Positions 55,704 to 64,000 of a stretch of DNA of 64,000 bases are shown piece by piece. The first letter of the stretch is position 1, and every line of letters starts with the position of its first letter. Position numbers and translations under genes: made by a program. The stretch is from Methanobacteriota archaeon (GTDB lineage Archaea; Thermoplasmatota; DTKX01; VGTL01). Location of the stretch: the NCBI GenBank assembly GCA_016874675.1, contig VGTL01000002.1:9021-73020 (forward strand), read 5' to 3'. The notes below the pieces were generated by a model. It was given only the letters and a program-made list of their open reading frames with translations. It did no database searches and was not told the DNA's origin.

Positions 55704-56705
55704 ATGAACCTTGGTCGGCGGCTTGTGATCGCCATCGGTGGAAATGCAATCCTGCAAGAGGGCCAGAGGGGCACCGCCGAGGAGCAACGGGCCAACCTGG
55801 AGGTCGCCTGCGAGTCCCTCGCCGCGCTCATCCGCCCCGGCGTCAATGTCGTCCTCACGCACGGGAACGGCCCCCAGGTGGGGAACATTCTCGTCCAGAA
55901 CGAGGCCGCCAGGGCGCAGGTGCCGGCGCTCCCGCTCGATGTCTGCGGGGCCCAGTCCCAGGGCTCCCTGGGCTATCTGATCCAGCAGGTCCTGTCCGGA
56001 GTCCTCCGGAGCCGCAACATCCGGCGCGATGTGATGGCGCTCGTCACCCAGACCGTGGTGTCCCCCGACGACCCGGCGTTCCTCTCCCCGAGCAAGCCCA
56101 TCGGCCCATATTACAGGGAGCCCGAGGCCCGCGCTCTCTCGCAGGAGAAGGGATGGAAGCTCGTCGAGGTCGGCAAGCGCCACTGGCGGAGGGTGGTGGC
56201 CTCGCCCGACCCGCTGGAGATCGTGGAGAAGGGGATGATCCGGAAGCTCATGCGCCAGGGGACGGTCGTCATAGCGGCAGGCGGCGGGGGCATCCCGGTG
56301 GTGCGGCGCGACGGGAGGCTCGCCGGCGTGGAGGCGGTTGTCGACAAGGACCTGGCCTCGGCCACCCTGGCGCGCGATGTCGGGGCCGACGCGATGATCC
56401 TGCTCACTGACATAGAGAAGGTGGCCATCAACTTCCGCACCCCGGAGGAGCGGTTCCTGGACCGGATGACCGTGGAGGAGGCGGGGCGATATCTCAAGGC
56501 GGGCCACTTTCCGGCGGGGAGCATGGGACCGAAGATAGAGGCGGCGATCAGGTTCCTGGCCCCCAGGCCGGAGCCCACGCTGGACTCGTTTGGCGCGCCG
56601 GGAGCCCGGTTCTCCCGCCCGCAGCTCAAGGTCATCATAGCCTCCCTGAACGCCGCCGAGCGGGCAGCCCGCGGGAAGACCGGCACCACCATCACCCCGG
56701 ACTGA
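55704..56705 (+). CDS. arcC: carbamate kinase
   Basis: MNLGRRLVIAIGGNAI start, HGNGPQVG, and AAGGGGIPV are carbamate kinase signatures. ATG 55704; the ORF track extension runs through the repeat and tRNA. Confidence 0.85.
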   Translation: MNLGRRLVIAIGGNAILQEGQRGTAEEQRANLEVACESLAALIRPGVNVVLTHGNGPQVGNILVQNEAARAQVPALPLDVCGAQSQGSLGYLIQQVLSGVLRSRNIRRDVMALVTQTVVSPDDPAFLSPSKPIGPYYREPEARALSQEKGWKLVEVGKRHWRRVVASPDPLEIVEKGMIRKLMRQGTVVIAAGGGGIPVVRRDGRLAGVEAVVDKDLASATLARDVGADAMILLTDIEKVAINFRTPEERFLDRMTVEEAGRYLKAGHFPAGSMGPKIEAAIRFLAPRPEPTLDSFGAPGARFSRPQLKVIIASLNAAERAARGKTGTTITPD

Positions 56706-56736
56706 TGTCCGGGGCTCTACGCTATGCTGTGGTGAA

Positions 56737-56900
56737 ACGACCCGGAATGAGAGCCGGGGCATCTAGCTTTCAGGCGGACCGCACCCTGCCCGCTGCCCGC
56801 TGCCCGCTGCCTGCAGCTCCCTCACCCTTCCATCACCTCACCCCCCTGCATCCCGCGCCCTGCACCTTGTAGCCTCGCAACCCTGCCCCTTGACCCTTGA
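56737..56900 (+). repeat. second copy of composite module (hairpin + atctagctttca + C-rich heptad arrays)
   Basis: cgacccggaatgagagccggggcatctagctttca (56737..56772) is ~80% identical to 30381..30417. Followed by ggcggaccgcaccctgcccgctgcccgctgcccgctgcc ... ccctgcaccttgtagcctcgcaaccctgccccttgacccttgacccttgaccc. Confidence 0.8.
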
Positions 56901-56965
56901 CCCTTGACCCGTTCCCCGATAGTATAAATATCCCCTGCCCTCTATACGGGTACGAAGGAGACCGG

Positions 56966-57313
56966 ATGCCGGGCGAAGAGGAGGCCTACGAATCCGATGC
57001 GGAGCCGCCGGAGGGAGGCGAGGAGTTCAGGGTCCGCCTGCCCCGCCGCAACGAGGGCGAACTCTTCGGGATCGCCGACCAGCTCCTCGGGGCCTCGCGC
57101 ATAAAGGTGATGTGCGCCGACGGAAAGACCCGGATGGCCCGCATCCCGGGGAAGATGAAGAAGCGGATGTGGATTCGGGAGGGGGACCTGGTCATCATCC
57201 GGCCCTGGAAGTTCCAGGATGAAAAATCCGACGTCCTGTGGCGCTACACGAAGACGCAGGCGAGCTACCTGAGCCGGCGCAAGCTCCTCCCCAAGGAGAT
57301 CGACATATTCTGA
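56966..57313 (+). CDS. translation initiation factor 1A (aIF-1A/eIF1A)
   Basis: S1-like OB fold (RIKVMCADGKTRMARIPGKMKKRMWIREGDLVIIRPWKFQDEKSDVLWRY). ATG 56966 with RBS gaaggag. Acidic N-terminal extension. Confidence 0.85.
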   Translation: MPGEEEAYESDAEPPEGGEEFRVRLPRRNEGELFGIADQLLGASRIKVMCADGKTRMARIPGKMKKRMWIREGDLVIIRPWKFQDEKSDVLWRYTKTQASYLSRRKLLPKEIDIF

Positions 57314-57335
57314 GGCGGTATTCCCGGGACCTTTC

Positions 57336-58184
57336 ATGCAATCCAGAGTTCTAGATTTCCTGGAGACCCGCGTCGACGCCCTCAAGCACAGGGACAAGGA
57401 CCAAGACGAGATGCGCCGCACCGGATCGGAGATCTTCGACGAGCGCACGCTGATGGTCCTCTACAAGCTCCTCAGCACGGGCGTGTTCGACACGCTCGAG
57501 TTCCCCATCTCTACTGGGAAGGAGGCCAACATCTTCCGGGGGACCAAGGGCGACCGGTTCGTCGCCGTCAAGATCTACCGCGTCGCCACGGCCACCTTCA
57601 AGAGCTTCGGCAAGTACATCATCGGCGACCCGCGCTTTAGGAGCATCGGCCGGGACCACCGCGGCCTCATCGGCCTTTGGGCCCAGAAGGAGTACAAGAA
57701 CCTGCTGCGCCTGGGAGAGGCGGGAGTGCGCGTCCCGGAGCCGATCACCTGCCGCGAGCACGTGCTTGTCATGGAGTACATCGGGCAGCCGGACGCCGCC
57801 GCCCCGATGTTGCGCGACGCCGGGCTCGACCGCGCCGGCCTCGAGCGCGTCAGGCACGAGGTGCTCGCATTCTTCGACCGCAGCCACAACCGGGCCGGCC
57901 TCGTCCACGGCGACCTGAGCGAGTACAACATACTCGTCGACCGCGGAAGGACCGTCTTCATCGACCTCGCCCAGGCGGTGGTGCTGGAACATCCGATGGC
58001 CGCGGAGCTCTTGGTGCGCGACCTGCACAACATGGCCGCCTGGTTCGGGAGGAAGGGCCTGCCGTTCGACTGGAAGGTCGTCCACAACCAGGTGCTCTCG
58101 AGGAGCAGGCGGCTCGTCTCGGACCGGTCAAAGGCGCGGCGGCGGACCCGGCGGGCCGGGCGCCGATGCGAAGAGGAGGAGTGA
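57336..58184 (+). CDS. RIO-type serine/threonine protein kinase (Rio1-like)
   Basis: STGKEANIFRG (RIO P-loop), VAVKIYRV, VMEYIG, catalytic LVHGDLSEYNILV, and DLAQAV. Confidence 0.85.
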   Translation: MQSRVLDFLETRVDALKHRDKDQDEMRRTGSEIFDERTLMVLYKLLSTGVFDTLEFPISTGKEANIFRGTKGDRFVAVKIYRVATATFKSFGKYIIGDPRFRSIGRDHRGLIGLWAQKEYKNLLRLGEAGVRVPEPITCREHVLVMEYIGQPDAAAPMLRDAGLDRAGLERVRHEVLAFFDRSHNRAGLVHGDLSEYNILVDRGRTVFIDLAQAVVLEHPMAAELLVRDLHNMAAWFGRKGLPFDWKVVHNQVLSRSRRLVSDRSKARRRTRRAGRRCEEEE

Positions 58185-58186
58185 GT

Positions 58187-58756
58187 GTGGAACATTTCCT
58201 GAAGATTCCCAGGGACAGGATCGGCGCCCTCATAGGACCCGGGGGCAGGGTCAAGCGGGAGATGGAGAAAAGGACGGGCATCCGGGTCGATGTCGAGTCC
58301 GAGACCGGGGAGGTCACCATCCACTACGATTCGGCCCGAGACCCGGCCCTGGTGCTAAAGGTCAACGACCTCGTGAAGGCCGTCGGCAGGGGGTTCTCCC
58401 CCCAGCGCGCCATGCGGCTGCTCAAGGACGACCAGTTCTTCGCCGTCATCGACATCCAGGACTACGTCGGCAAGAAGGTGGACCACGTCCGCCGGATGCG
58501 GGCGCGCGTCATAGGCACCGGCGGCAAGACCCGCCGGGTGATCGAGGAGCTCTCCGAGGCGGAGCTCTCCGTCTACGGCGACACCGTCGCCATCATCGGC
58601 GACCCGGTCTCGCTGGACATCGCCCGGACCGCGGTGGACATGATTCTCAACGGCTCGGAGCACTCGGCCGTCTACTCCTACCTTGAGCACACCAGGCGCG
58701 AGCGGCGGCTGGCCGAGCTCCGGCCCCCGGAGGACCGGGTCAAAGAGGAAGAATAA
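58187..58756 (+). CDS. KH-domain RNA-binding protein (archaeal Dim2/Pno1-like)
   Basis: Two KH-like GxxG motifs (IGALIGPGGRVKRE; VIGTGGKTRRVIEE). GTG start 3 nt after the Rio stop, with RBS gaggagg. Confidence 0.75.
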   Translation: MEHFLKIPRDRIGALIGPGGRVKREMEKRTGIRVDVESETGEVTIHYDSARDPALVLKVNDLVKAVGRGFSPQRAMRLLKDDQFFAVIDIQDYVGKKVDHVRRMRARVIGTGGKTRRVIEELSEAELSVYGDTVAIIGDPVSLDIARTAVDMILNGSEHSAVYSYLEHTRRERRLAELRPPEDRVKEEE

Positions 58757-58860
58757 AGGCAGCAGGCAACTGGCAGCGGGCAGTGGTGGGACGACGGACA
58801 ATCGTCCCCCGCTGCCCGCTGCCTCTGCCCCGCTGCCCCCCCGCCGCTCCCCGCTGCCCC
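58757..58860 (+). repeat. GGCAGCG heptad-array hairpin between convergent genes
   Basis: aaaggcagcaggcaactggcagcgggcagtggtgggacgacggacaatcgtcccccgctgcccgctgcctctgccccgctgcc. Confidence 0.8.
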
Positions 58861-58872
58861 TTTCAACAAGAG

Positions 58873-59226
58873 CTAGGAAAAACTTGGCGGTATTATGACC
58901 ACGAAGTACCGGGCCTTCTTCTTGCCGGGGTTCCGCAGCGTGTGCGGCACCTCGGAGGCATGCCAGAGGCAGTCCCCCTCCTTGAGACAGTATTTCTTGC
59001 CGGCGATGTCCACCTCGAGGGTCCCTTCTAGGAGGTATCGTATCTCCTCGCCCCGGTGGGAGTAGGCCTCGCCCCAGTCGGTTCCCGGCTCGACCGTGAC
59101 CAGCAGGCCCTCCATGTTTTCGGACCTGGCGAGCACCTGGATGGACTTCCCGTCAATGGTCTGGATCGTGGCGCCGCCGCTCTCCCGGGGTTCCTCCTCC
59201 GCCGGCATCTTCCCCTGCCCCGTCAA
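58873..59226 (-). CDS. cupin-domain protein
   Basis: Cupin motifs G(X)5HXH-like (EAYSHRGEEIRYLLEGT) and second motif (GDCLWHASEVPHTLRN). Confidence 0.6.
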   Translation of the reverse strand: MTGQGKMPAEEEPRESGGATIQTIDGKSIQVLARSENMEGLLVTVEPGTDWGEAYSHRGEEIRYLLEGTLEVDIAGKKYCLKEGDCLWHASEVPHTLRNPGKKKARYFVVIIPPSFS

Positions 59227-59319
59227 CGTGGAACGCCTTCACCGAATAAATAATCTGCCCAATCGAACCAAAAACTATAATTAGGGTCCACCGGCTAGAC
59301 CCTTATCGGAGGTGAAACG

Positions 59320-61377
59320 GTGCAAAGGGCGCTGCTTATGGTCCTTCTGTCCTGCCTGGTGGCCCAGGCCGCCGCCGTCCCGCTCACCCTTCCCGACCGC
59401 CCCGGCGCCCCTCCGGATTCCGCCGGGGAGGCGACCTACTCGTGGCCCGCCTGGTCCCGCGACGCCGACGGTGACCGGCTGGACGACGAGCTCGAGCACT
59501 GGATGGCGGGACCGGGGGACGGCCCCCTTCCCGTGGTCGTGTGCTACGACCGGCACCCCGGCCCCGCCCAGGAGCGCGCCCTGGAGCGCCTCGGGGGCCG
59601 TGTGGACTACACCTGCCGGTATGTCCCCTGCATCGTCGCGACATTGCCGGAGCCTTCCATAGGCGCGGCGCTGTCTCTGCCCGGCGTGGCCCGCCTCGAG
59701 GCCGCGGTGCCGCTCGCGCCCGCTCTCGACACCTCCGTCCCCTCCGTCGGCATCGACCGCGTCCGGGAGACCTCGGGCCTCCGGGGCACCGGGGTCACCA
59801 TCTGCGTCATCGACTCAGGGATCGACGCCAACCACACGGCCCTCGACGACCTCGACGACGTCAACACCACGAAGGACCCCAAGGTCATCGCATTCTACGA
59901 CGCCACCGACTCCACCGGCGTCACGGATGGCTCCACCCGGCCCTTCGACCTCGACGGCCACGGCACCCACGTCGCCGCCATTGCGGCCGGGACGGGGCAC
60001 GGAACGCCCGACTTCAGGTACATTGGCGCGGCGCCCGGCGCCCGGCTGGTCGGGGTGAAGATCCTCGAAAACGGAAGCGCATTGATATCCACCGACGACG
60101 CCCTGCGGGGCATCGAGTGGGCCATCACCAATAAGGACCGGTTCGGGACAAGGGTGCTGAGCATGTCCTTCGGGGCGGTGTTCGCGGCGCCCGGGATATC
60201 CAACGACGGCACATCCGCCATGAGCCAGCTTTGCAACCGTGCGGTGGCGGATGGCCTGGTGTGCGTCGTGGCGGCCGGGAACAACGGGCCGCTCCGGCGC
60301 TCCATCGCTCCCCCGGCCGACGCCATCGACGTCATCACGGTCGGCAACGTGGAGGACGACCACACCCTCAACCCGACCTCCTCCCGCGGCCCGGTCGGCC
60401 GCCTCACGAGCAGCTACACAAAGCCCGACGTCTGCGCCCCCGGGACGGACGTCTACTCGGCCGAGGCGGGCTCCGGCGACCGCTTCGCCACGAAGACCGG
60501 GACCAGCATGGCCTGCCCCCACGTGTCCGGGCTGGCGGCGTTGATGATAGAGGCCTCATCGGGCCTTCGCCCCCAGGACCTCAAGGACATCTTCCACAGC
60601 ACCGCCGAGCCCGGGAAGAGCGTGCCCTGGCAGTCCTCCCCCAACAACGACTACGGCTGGGGCACCGTGAACGCGCCGAGGGCCTTGGAGAACTGCACCA
60701 ACGGCACGCTCCCGCCGGTGGTCCACATCAACCCTCTGGAGAGGGCCAACGGCACCGCCCTCATCACCGGCACGGCGAGCTCGGCCAGGGGGACGGTCGT
60801 GTCGGTCGATGTCCGCATCGACGCCGGCGAGTACCGGACCGCCGCCGGCACGACCGTGTGGAGCTACAGCTGGGACACCACCGCATCCCAGAACGGGGCG
60901 CATACAGTCACCGCCCGGGCGTTCGACGGGACCATCTACTCCTACGAGTACCGGCTGGTGGTCACGGTGGACAACCTCTACGTCACGATCTCGACGCCGC
61001 CGGCGATACCGGTCAGCGGGGAGTACACCTTCTCGGGGAGAGCCGACGGCCTGGAGGTCCAAAGCGTCGAGGTCCGGATAGACTCCGGGCCCTGGACGGA
61101 GGCCCGGGACAGCTCCGGCTCCGGGTTCCGCACCTGGGACTTCACCCTCAACACCACCCGGCTCGCCAACGGCAGGCACCGCCTGGAGGCGCGGGCCTTC
61201 GACGGGTCGCGATACTCCCAGCTCTCCGACGTCGAGTTCGAGGTCAACAACCGCTCGGAGCCGCGGCCGGCGGGCGGGTCCGTACCTGGGTTCGAGGTGG
61301 CGGTCGTGCTTCTTTCGGCCCTGGCACTCCTGGCCGTCCGGGGCCGGAGGGGCCGTCAGGCCGGCCCCGGGGAGTGA
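59320..61377 (+). CDS. subtilisin-like serine protease (S8 family), secreted with C-terminal membrane anchor
   Basis: Catalytic triad motifs VIDSGIDANH (Asp), HGTHVAAIAAG (His), GTSMACPHVSGLAAL (Ser). N-terminal signal peptide. C-terminal Ig-like repeats and PGFEVAVVLLSALALLAVRGRRGR anchor. GTG start with RBS ggaggtg. Confidence 0.88.
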   Translation: MQRALLMVLLSCLVAQAAAVPLTLPDRPGAPPDSAGEATYSWPAWSRDADGDRLDDELEHWMAGPGDGPLPVVVCYDRHPGPAQERALERLGGRVDYTCRYVPCIVATLPEPSIGAALSLPGVARLEAAVPLAPALDTSVPSVGIDRVRETSGLRGTGVTICVIDSGIDANHTALDDLDDVNTTKDPKVIAFYDATDSTGVTDGSTRPFDLDGHGTHVAAIAAGTGHGTPDFRYIGAAPGARLVGVKILENGSALISTDDALRGIEWAITNKDRFGTRVLSMSFGAVFAAPGISNDGTSAMSQLCNRAVADGLVCVVAAGNNGPLRRSIAPPADAIDVITVGNVEDDHTLNPTSSRGPVGRLTSSYTKPDVCAPGTDVYSAEAGSGDRFATKTGTSMACPHVSGLAALMIEASSGLRPQDLKDIFHSTAEPGKSVPWQSSPNNDYGWGTVNAPRALENCTNGTLPPVVHINPLERANGTALITGTASSARGTVVSVDVRIDAGEYRTAAGTTVWSYSWDTTASQNGAHTVTARAFDGTIYSYEYRLVVTVDNLYVTISTPPAIPVSGEYTFSGRADGLEVQSVEVRIDSGPWTEARDSSGSGFRTWDFTLNTTRLANGRHRLEARAFDGSRYSQLSDVEFEVNNRSEPRPAGGSVPGFEVAVVLLSALALLAVRGRRGRQAGPGE

Positions 61378-61403
61378 CGGCCGCGGCGGGGTCCCGCCGG
61401 CGG

Positions 61404-61431
61404 TGCGGAACCCGGTGCCCGACGGCACCGG
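61404..61431 (+). terminator. GC hairpin (10-bp stem aaccggtgcc / ggcaccggtt) after subtilase gene
   Basis: Perfect inverted repeat with loop cgac, 27 nt after the stop. No T-tract, so terminator function is speculative. Confidence 0.25.
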
Positions 61432-61531
61432 TTCGTGGTCGGCGGCGGCGATGCCCGGCCGGGCCTGCCATGATTAGAACGATACTCCAATACTATTTTA
61501 TCGGTCTAGTACACTTGATGGTCCCGGGTAA

Positions 61532-64000
61532 ATGGCCAAATACCGGGCGCGGCGGCCTTCCCGCGGGTTTCGCCGCCTGCTCCAGCTTGGTGTCTTCCTC
61601 GCCCTGGCAGCCCCGCTGCCGATCCTCCCGGCCGCCGCGGGGGGCGCCCCGCCGCCGTTCGGCATCGGCGACTGGACGGTCACCGGCACGGAGCTTTTCA
61701 TCGACCGGGGCCTGGTCCTTGACGGGAACCTGACCGTCGCCGCCGGGGGCTCGCTCACGCTCGTCAACTCGTCGCTATTGTTTTTGCCGGGCCCGCACGA
61801 GCTCCGGGTGCTTTCGGGCGGGTCGCTCCGGATGCTCTCCGGCTCCTCGGCCTCCTCGTTCGACGCCACCGAGAAGGACCTCCACCGCGCCGGTTTCTGG
61901 GTGGAGCGGGGCGCCCGGGCCGAGTTCCGGAACGCCAGCTTCGACTCGATCGGCATCATCTACCGCTGGCAGGGCTCGACGAAGCTCGGGGGCGTGTGCG
62001 TCTACGCCGACGGGGCGGTGGTGGACAACTGCACCTTCTCGGGCAACTACATAGGCCTCACGCTATTCGACCGGGCCGCGGTCACCAACTGCCGTTTCAG
62101 CGAGAACGGCTGGGCCGGGGCCGTCTCCTACGGCGCCGACACGGAATGGACCGGCTGCACTTTCGTCCGCAACTTCTACGGCGCGGTCGCCTATCGCGGG
62201 AACCCGGCGTTCGAGCGCTGCTCGTTCACGGACAACGCCATCGGGGCCGCCGCCGACAGCACGGCCGTGAGGTTCTCGCGATGCGATTTCACGGACAACG
62301 TCCGCAAGGGGCTGTACGTGTCGCTCGAGCAGGGCTCCTCCCCCGTGCCGTCCGCCTCCCAGGTGCGCGCCGAATATTGCCTGTTCGAGAACAATTCGTA
62401 CGGCATAGACGGGGTGTTCTTCTACAGCGACGAGGGCGGCAACATCTGGCCGCTGGAGCACGAGCTTCTGCTCGTTGACCCCGCTTTCATCAAAAACCGG
62501 GAGGCGGGCATCAAGTGGGACCGGTTGATTCCCGACGGCGAGAAGCGCAGAAGCTCCTCCACCTGGACGGTGAGGGGGCGCTCGGAGGTGCTGGCCAACC
62601 GGGCGCTGTTCAAGGGCAACCTCATCGTCGAGGGCGAGCTTGATGTGTCCGGCTCCCAGCTCCTGGTGGACTGCGAGGACGACGGCTGGCAGCAGCTCGA
62701 GGTCCGCCCCGGCGGGCGGCTCAATGTTTCGGACAATTCGACGCTGGCGGCAGCCTCGGGCCACGCCTTCGCCCTCCGCTGCCGGCCGGGCTCATCTTTC
62801 GCGATGGACCGGTCGGTACTGCGCGGCTGCGGCTGGGACGCGTCGGAACCCTACCGCGCCGGCCCGCTCCTCGAGACGGGGGATGTGCGCCTTTCCCGCA
62901 CGACGGTCGCCTGGTGCCCGGCCGCCCTGGTCCTCGACGGCGCCCGGGGTGTGCTGGTCGAGGACTGCGCTCTCGGCGGGAACATCACGGGCCTGCTGAT
63001 GGACGGCTCCTCCGTCCTGCTCCGGAACTGCACGGTCGGGGCGCGGGGGCCATCCCGGTGCCGGCTGGACGGTGGCTCGTTCCTCGACAGCGTCAACTCG
63101 ACGGTCGACCGCTTCGGCATCGAGCTCCTCGACGAACGAAGCCGCGCCAACATCTCCTGGTACCTGGACGTCCTGGCCGTGTGGTCCGACGGGCGGCCGG
63201 CGGCCGGCGCGACCCTGGTGGTGACCGACGTGGACGGCGTCGAGGTCGCGGTGGCCGCCGCCGACGCCGGTGGGTCGGTGGACGACCTGGTGGTGCTGGA
63301 CACTTCCGTGACGCCCTCGGGCTACGAGGTCCGCACGCCCCACCACCTGAACTGCACCCTGGGCCCCGTCTGCAACGAGACCGACGTGGCGGTCACGTCC
63401 AGCCTGCGCGTCGAGCTCGTGCTCAGGGACACCGAGCCGCCGTCCATATCGGTCACCTCCCCACGGCCCGACGAGCACCTGGGGTCCCGCCGGGTGAGGC
63501 TTGCGGGCCTTGCGGAGGACAATTTGGCCCTGGCCACTGTGGCGCTGGTCCTGGACGGCCACCGCCGGCATCTCGTCCACCAGCAGGCGTCCGGCGGGCC
63601 CGCGCGAATCGACTGGGACCTCGTCGTGGAGCTGGCCGAGGGCCCCCACACGCTCGAGGCCCTGGCGGTGGACGCCGGCGGCACCTCCGCCAGATCCTCT
63701 TTCGGGTTCACGGTGGACGCCACGCCACCCAGGGTGTCCATCACCTCGCCGCGGGACCGCCACCTCACGAACGCCGCGGAGCTCGACGTGGAGGGCCGCA
63801 CGGAGCCGGGGACGGCCGTCGAGGTCAACGGCGTGCAGGCCCGGGTGGCCGGCGGCTCGTTCACCGCCCGGGTCCGCCTCTCCGAGGGTGAGAACCTCGT
63901 CACCGCCCGGGCCACGGACCGGGCGGGAAACCGGGACGAGGACTCAGTTTCGGTCCGGCTGGACTCCGTGCCCCCGGCCCTCTGGGTCTCGTTCTCGCCC
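61532..64000 (+). CDS. right-handed parallel beta-helix (PbH1) repeat surface protein, 3-prime truncated by window edge
   Basis: Not in the ORF track because it is open to the window end. Manual translation from ATG 61532 gives MAKYRARRPSRGFRRLLQLGVFLALAAPLPILPAAAG (signal peptide). Six consecutive ~23-aa PbH1 repeats follow with pattern x-C-x-F-x-x-N (DNCTFSGNYIGL, TNCRFSENGWAG, TGCTFVRNFYGA, ERCSFTDNAIGA, SRCDFTDNVRKG, EYCLFENNSYGI), then more repeats and many N-x-S/T sequons. TATA-like attttat ~35 nt upstream. Confidence 0.65.
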   Translation, partial: MAKYRARRPSRGFRRLLQLGVFLALAAPLPILPAAAGGAPPPFGIGDWTVTGTELFIDRGLVLDGNLTVAAGGSLTLVNSSLLFLPGPHELRVLSGGSLRMLSGSSASSFDATEKDLHRAGFWVERGARAEFRNASFDSIGIIYRWQGSTKLGGVCVYADGAVVDNCTFSGNYIGLTLFDRAAVTNCRFSENGWAGAVSYGADTEWTGCTFVRNFYGAVAYRGNPAFERCSFTDNAIGAAADSTAVRFSRCDFTDNVRKGLYVSLEQGSSPVPSASQVRAEYCLFENNSYGIDGVFFYSDEGGNIWPLEHELLLVDPAFIKNREAGIKWDRLIPDGEKRRSSSTWTVRGRSEVLANRALFKGNLIVEGELDVSGSQLLVDCEDDGWQQLEVRPGGRLNVSDNSTLAAASGHAFALRCRPGSSFAMDRSVLRGCGWDASEPYRAGPLLETGDVRLSRTTVAWCPAALVLDGARGVLVEDCALGGNITGLLMDGSSVLLRNCTVGARGPSRCRLDGGSFLDSVNSTVDRFGIELLDERSRANISWYLDVLAVWSDGRPAAGATLVVTDVDGVEVAVAAADAGGSVDDLVVLDTSVTPSGYEVRTPHHLNCTLGPVCNETDVAVTSSLRVELVLRDTEPPSISVTSPRPDEHLGSRRVRLAGLAEDNLALATVALVLDGHRRHLVHQQASGGPARIDWDLVVELAEGPHTLEALAVDAGGTSARSSFGFTVDATPPRVSITSPRDRHLTNAAELDVEGRTEPGTAVEVNGVQARVAGGSFTARVRLSEGENLVTARATDRAGNRDEDSVSVRLDSVPPALWVSFSP

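Overview
High-GC (~62-65%) archaeal chromosomal window, with a dense family of G/C strand-asymmetric heptad-repeat hairpin arrays as its most unusual feature. Content is clearly archaeal: archaeal-type ribosomal proteins, Cbf5, aIF-1A, aSUI1, RNase P Rpp29, RpoN, GGGPS/DGGGPS ether-lipid genes and an archaeal-type ThrRS. No finer taxonomic assignment can be made from sequence alone.

Layout by coordinate:
1. tRNA-Thr (161..233, minus).
2. A bacterial-type uvrB-uvrA-uvrC excision-repair block (plus).
3. A nucleotidyltransferase-like gene and rlmE.
4. An L18e-L13-S9-RpoN operon that unusually ends in a Ras-like small GTPase.
5. The main ribosomal-protein operon on the minus strand: convergent Cbf5-cmk-DUF106-secY-L15-L30-S5-L18-L19e-L32e-L6-S8-S14-L5-S4e-L24-L14-S17-Rpp29-SUI1-L29-S3-L22-S19-L2-L23-L4-L3 (about 10.9..28.9 kb), with no adk.
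6. A two-gene module containing a retropepsin-like aspartic protease, then a cyclophilin.
7. Two very large N-glycosylation-sequon-rich surface proteins (cadherin-like repeat protein and CARDB protein) flanking thrS.
8. A DUF2070-like membrane protein and an overlapping GGGPS/DGGGPS lipid operon.
9. An RHH regulator followed by KhtT-like and CPA2 antiporter genes, then a CDF transporter.
10. tRNA-Ile followed by an 85-bp tandem duplication of its 3-prime end.
11. A membrane Zn-ribbon protein, a BASS-like transporter, IdsA, and intron-containing tRNA-Gly.
12. A disordered Zn-ribbon protein, an XPD helicase, and a Roadblock/LC7 + metallophosphoesterase cluster.
13. tRNA-Cys, arcC, and the conserved aIF1A-Rio-KH cluster.
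14. A cupin, an anchored subtilase, and a 3-prime-truncated beta-helix repeat surface protein.

The repeat family occupies at least 16 loci, typically as a purine-rich array, a spacer and the complementary array forming long hairpins. Several arrays have canonical G-quadruplex motifs. One copy sits in-frame inside the L3 gene, one encodes the C-terminal tail of RlmE, and one is a composite hairpin + atctagctttca + array module present twice.

Many ribosomal proteins carry lineage-specific low-complexity extensions. Many long ORFs on the opposite strand in the six-frame track are GC-driven artefacts and are not annotated.
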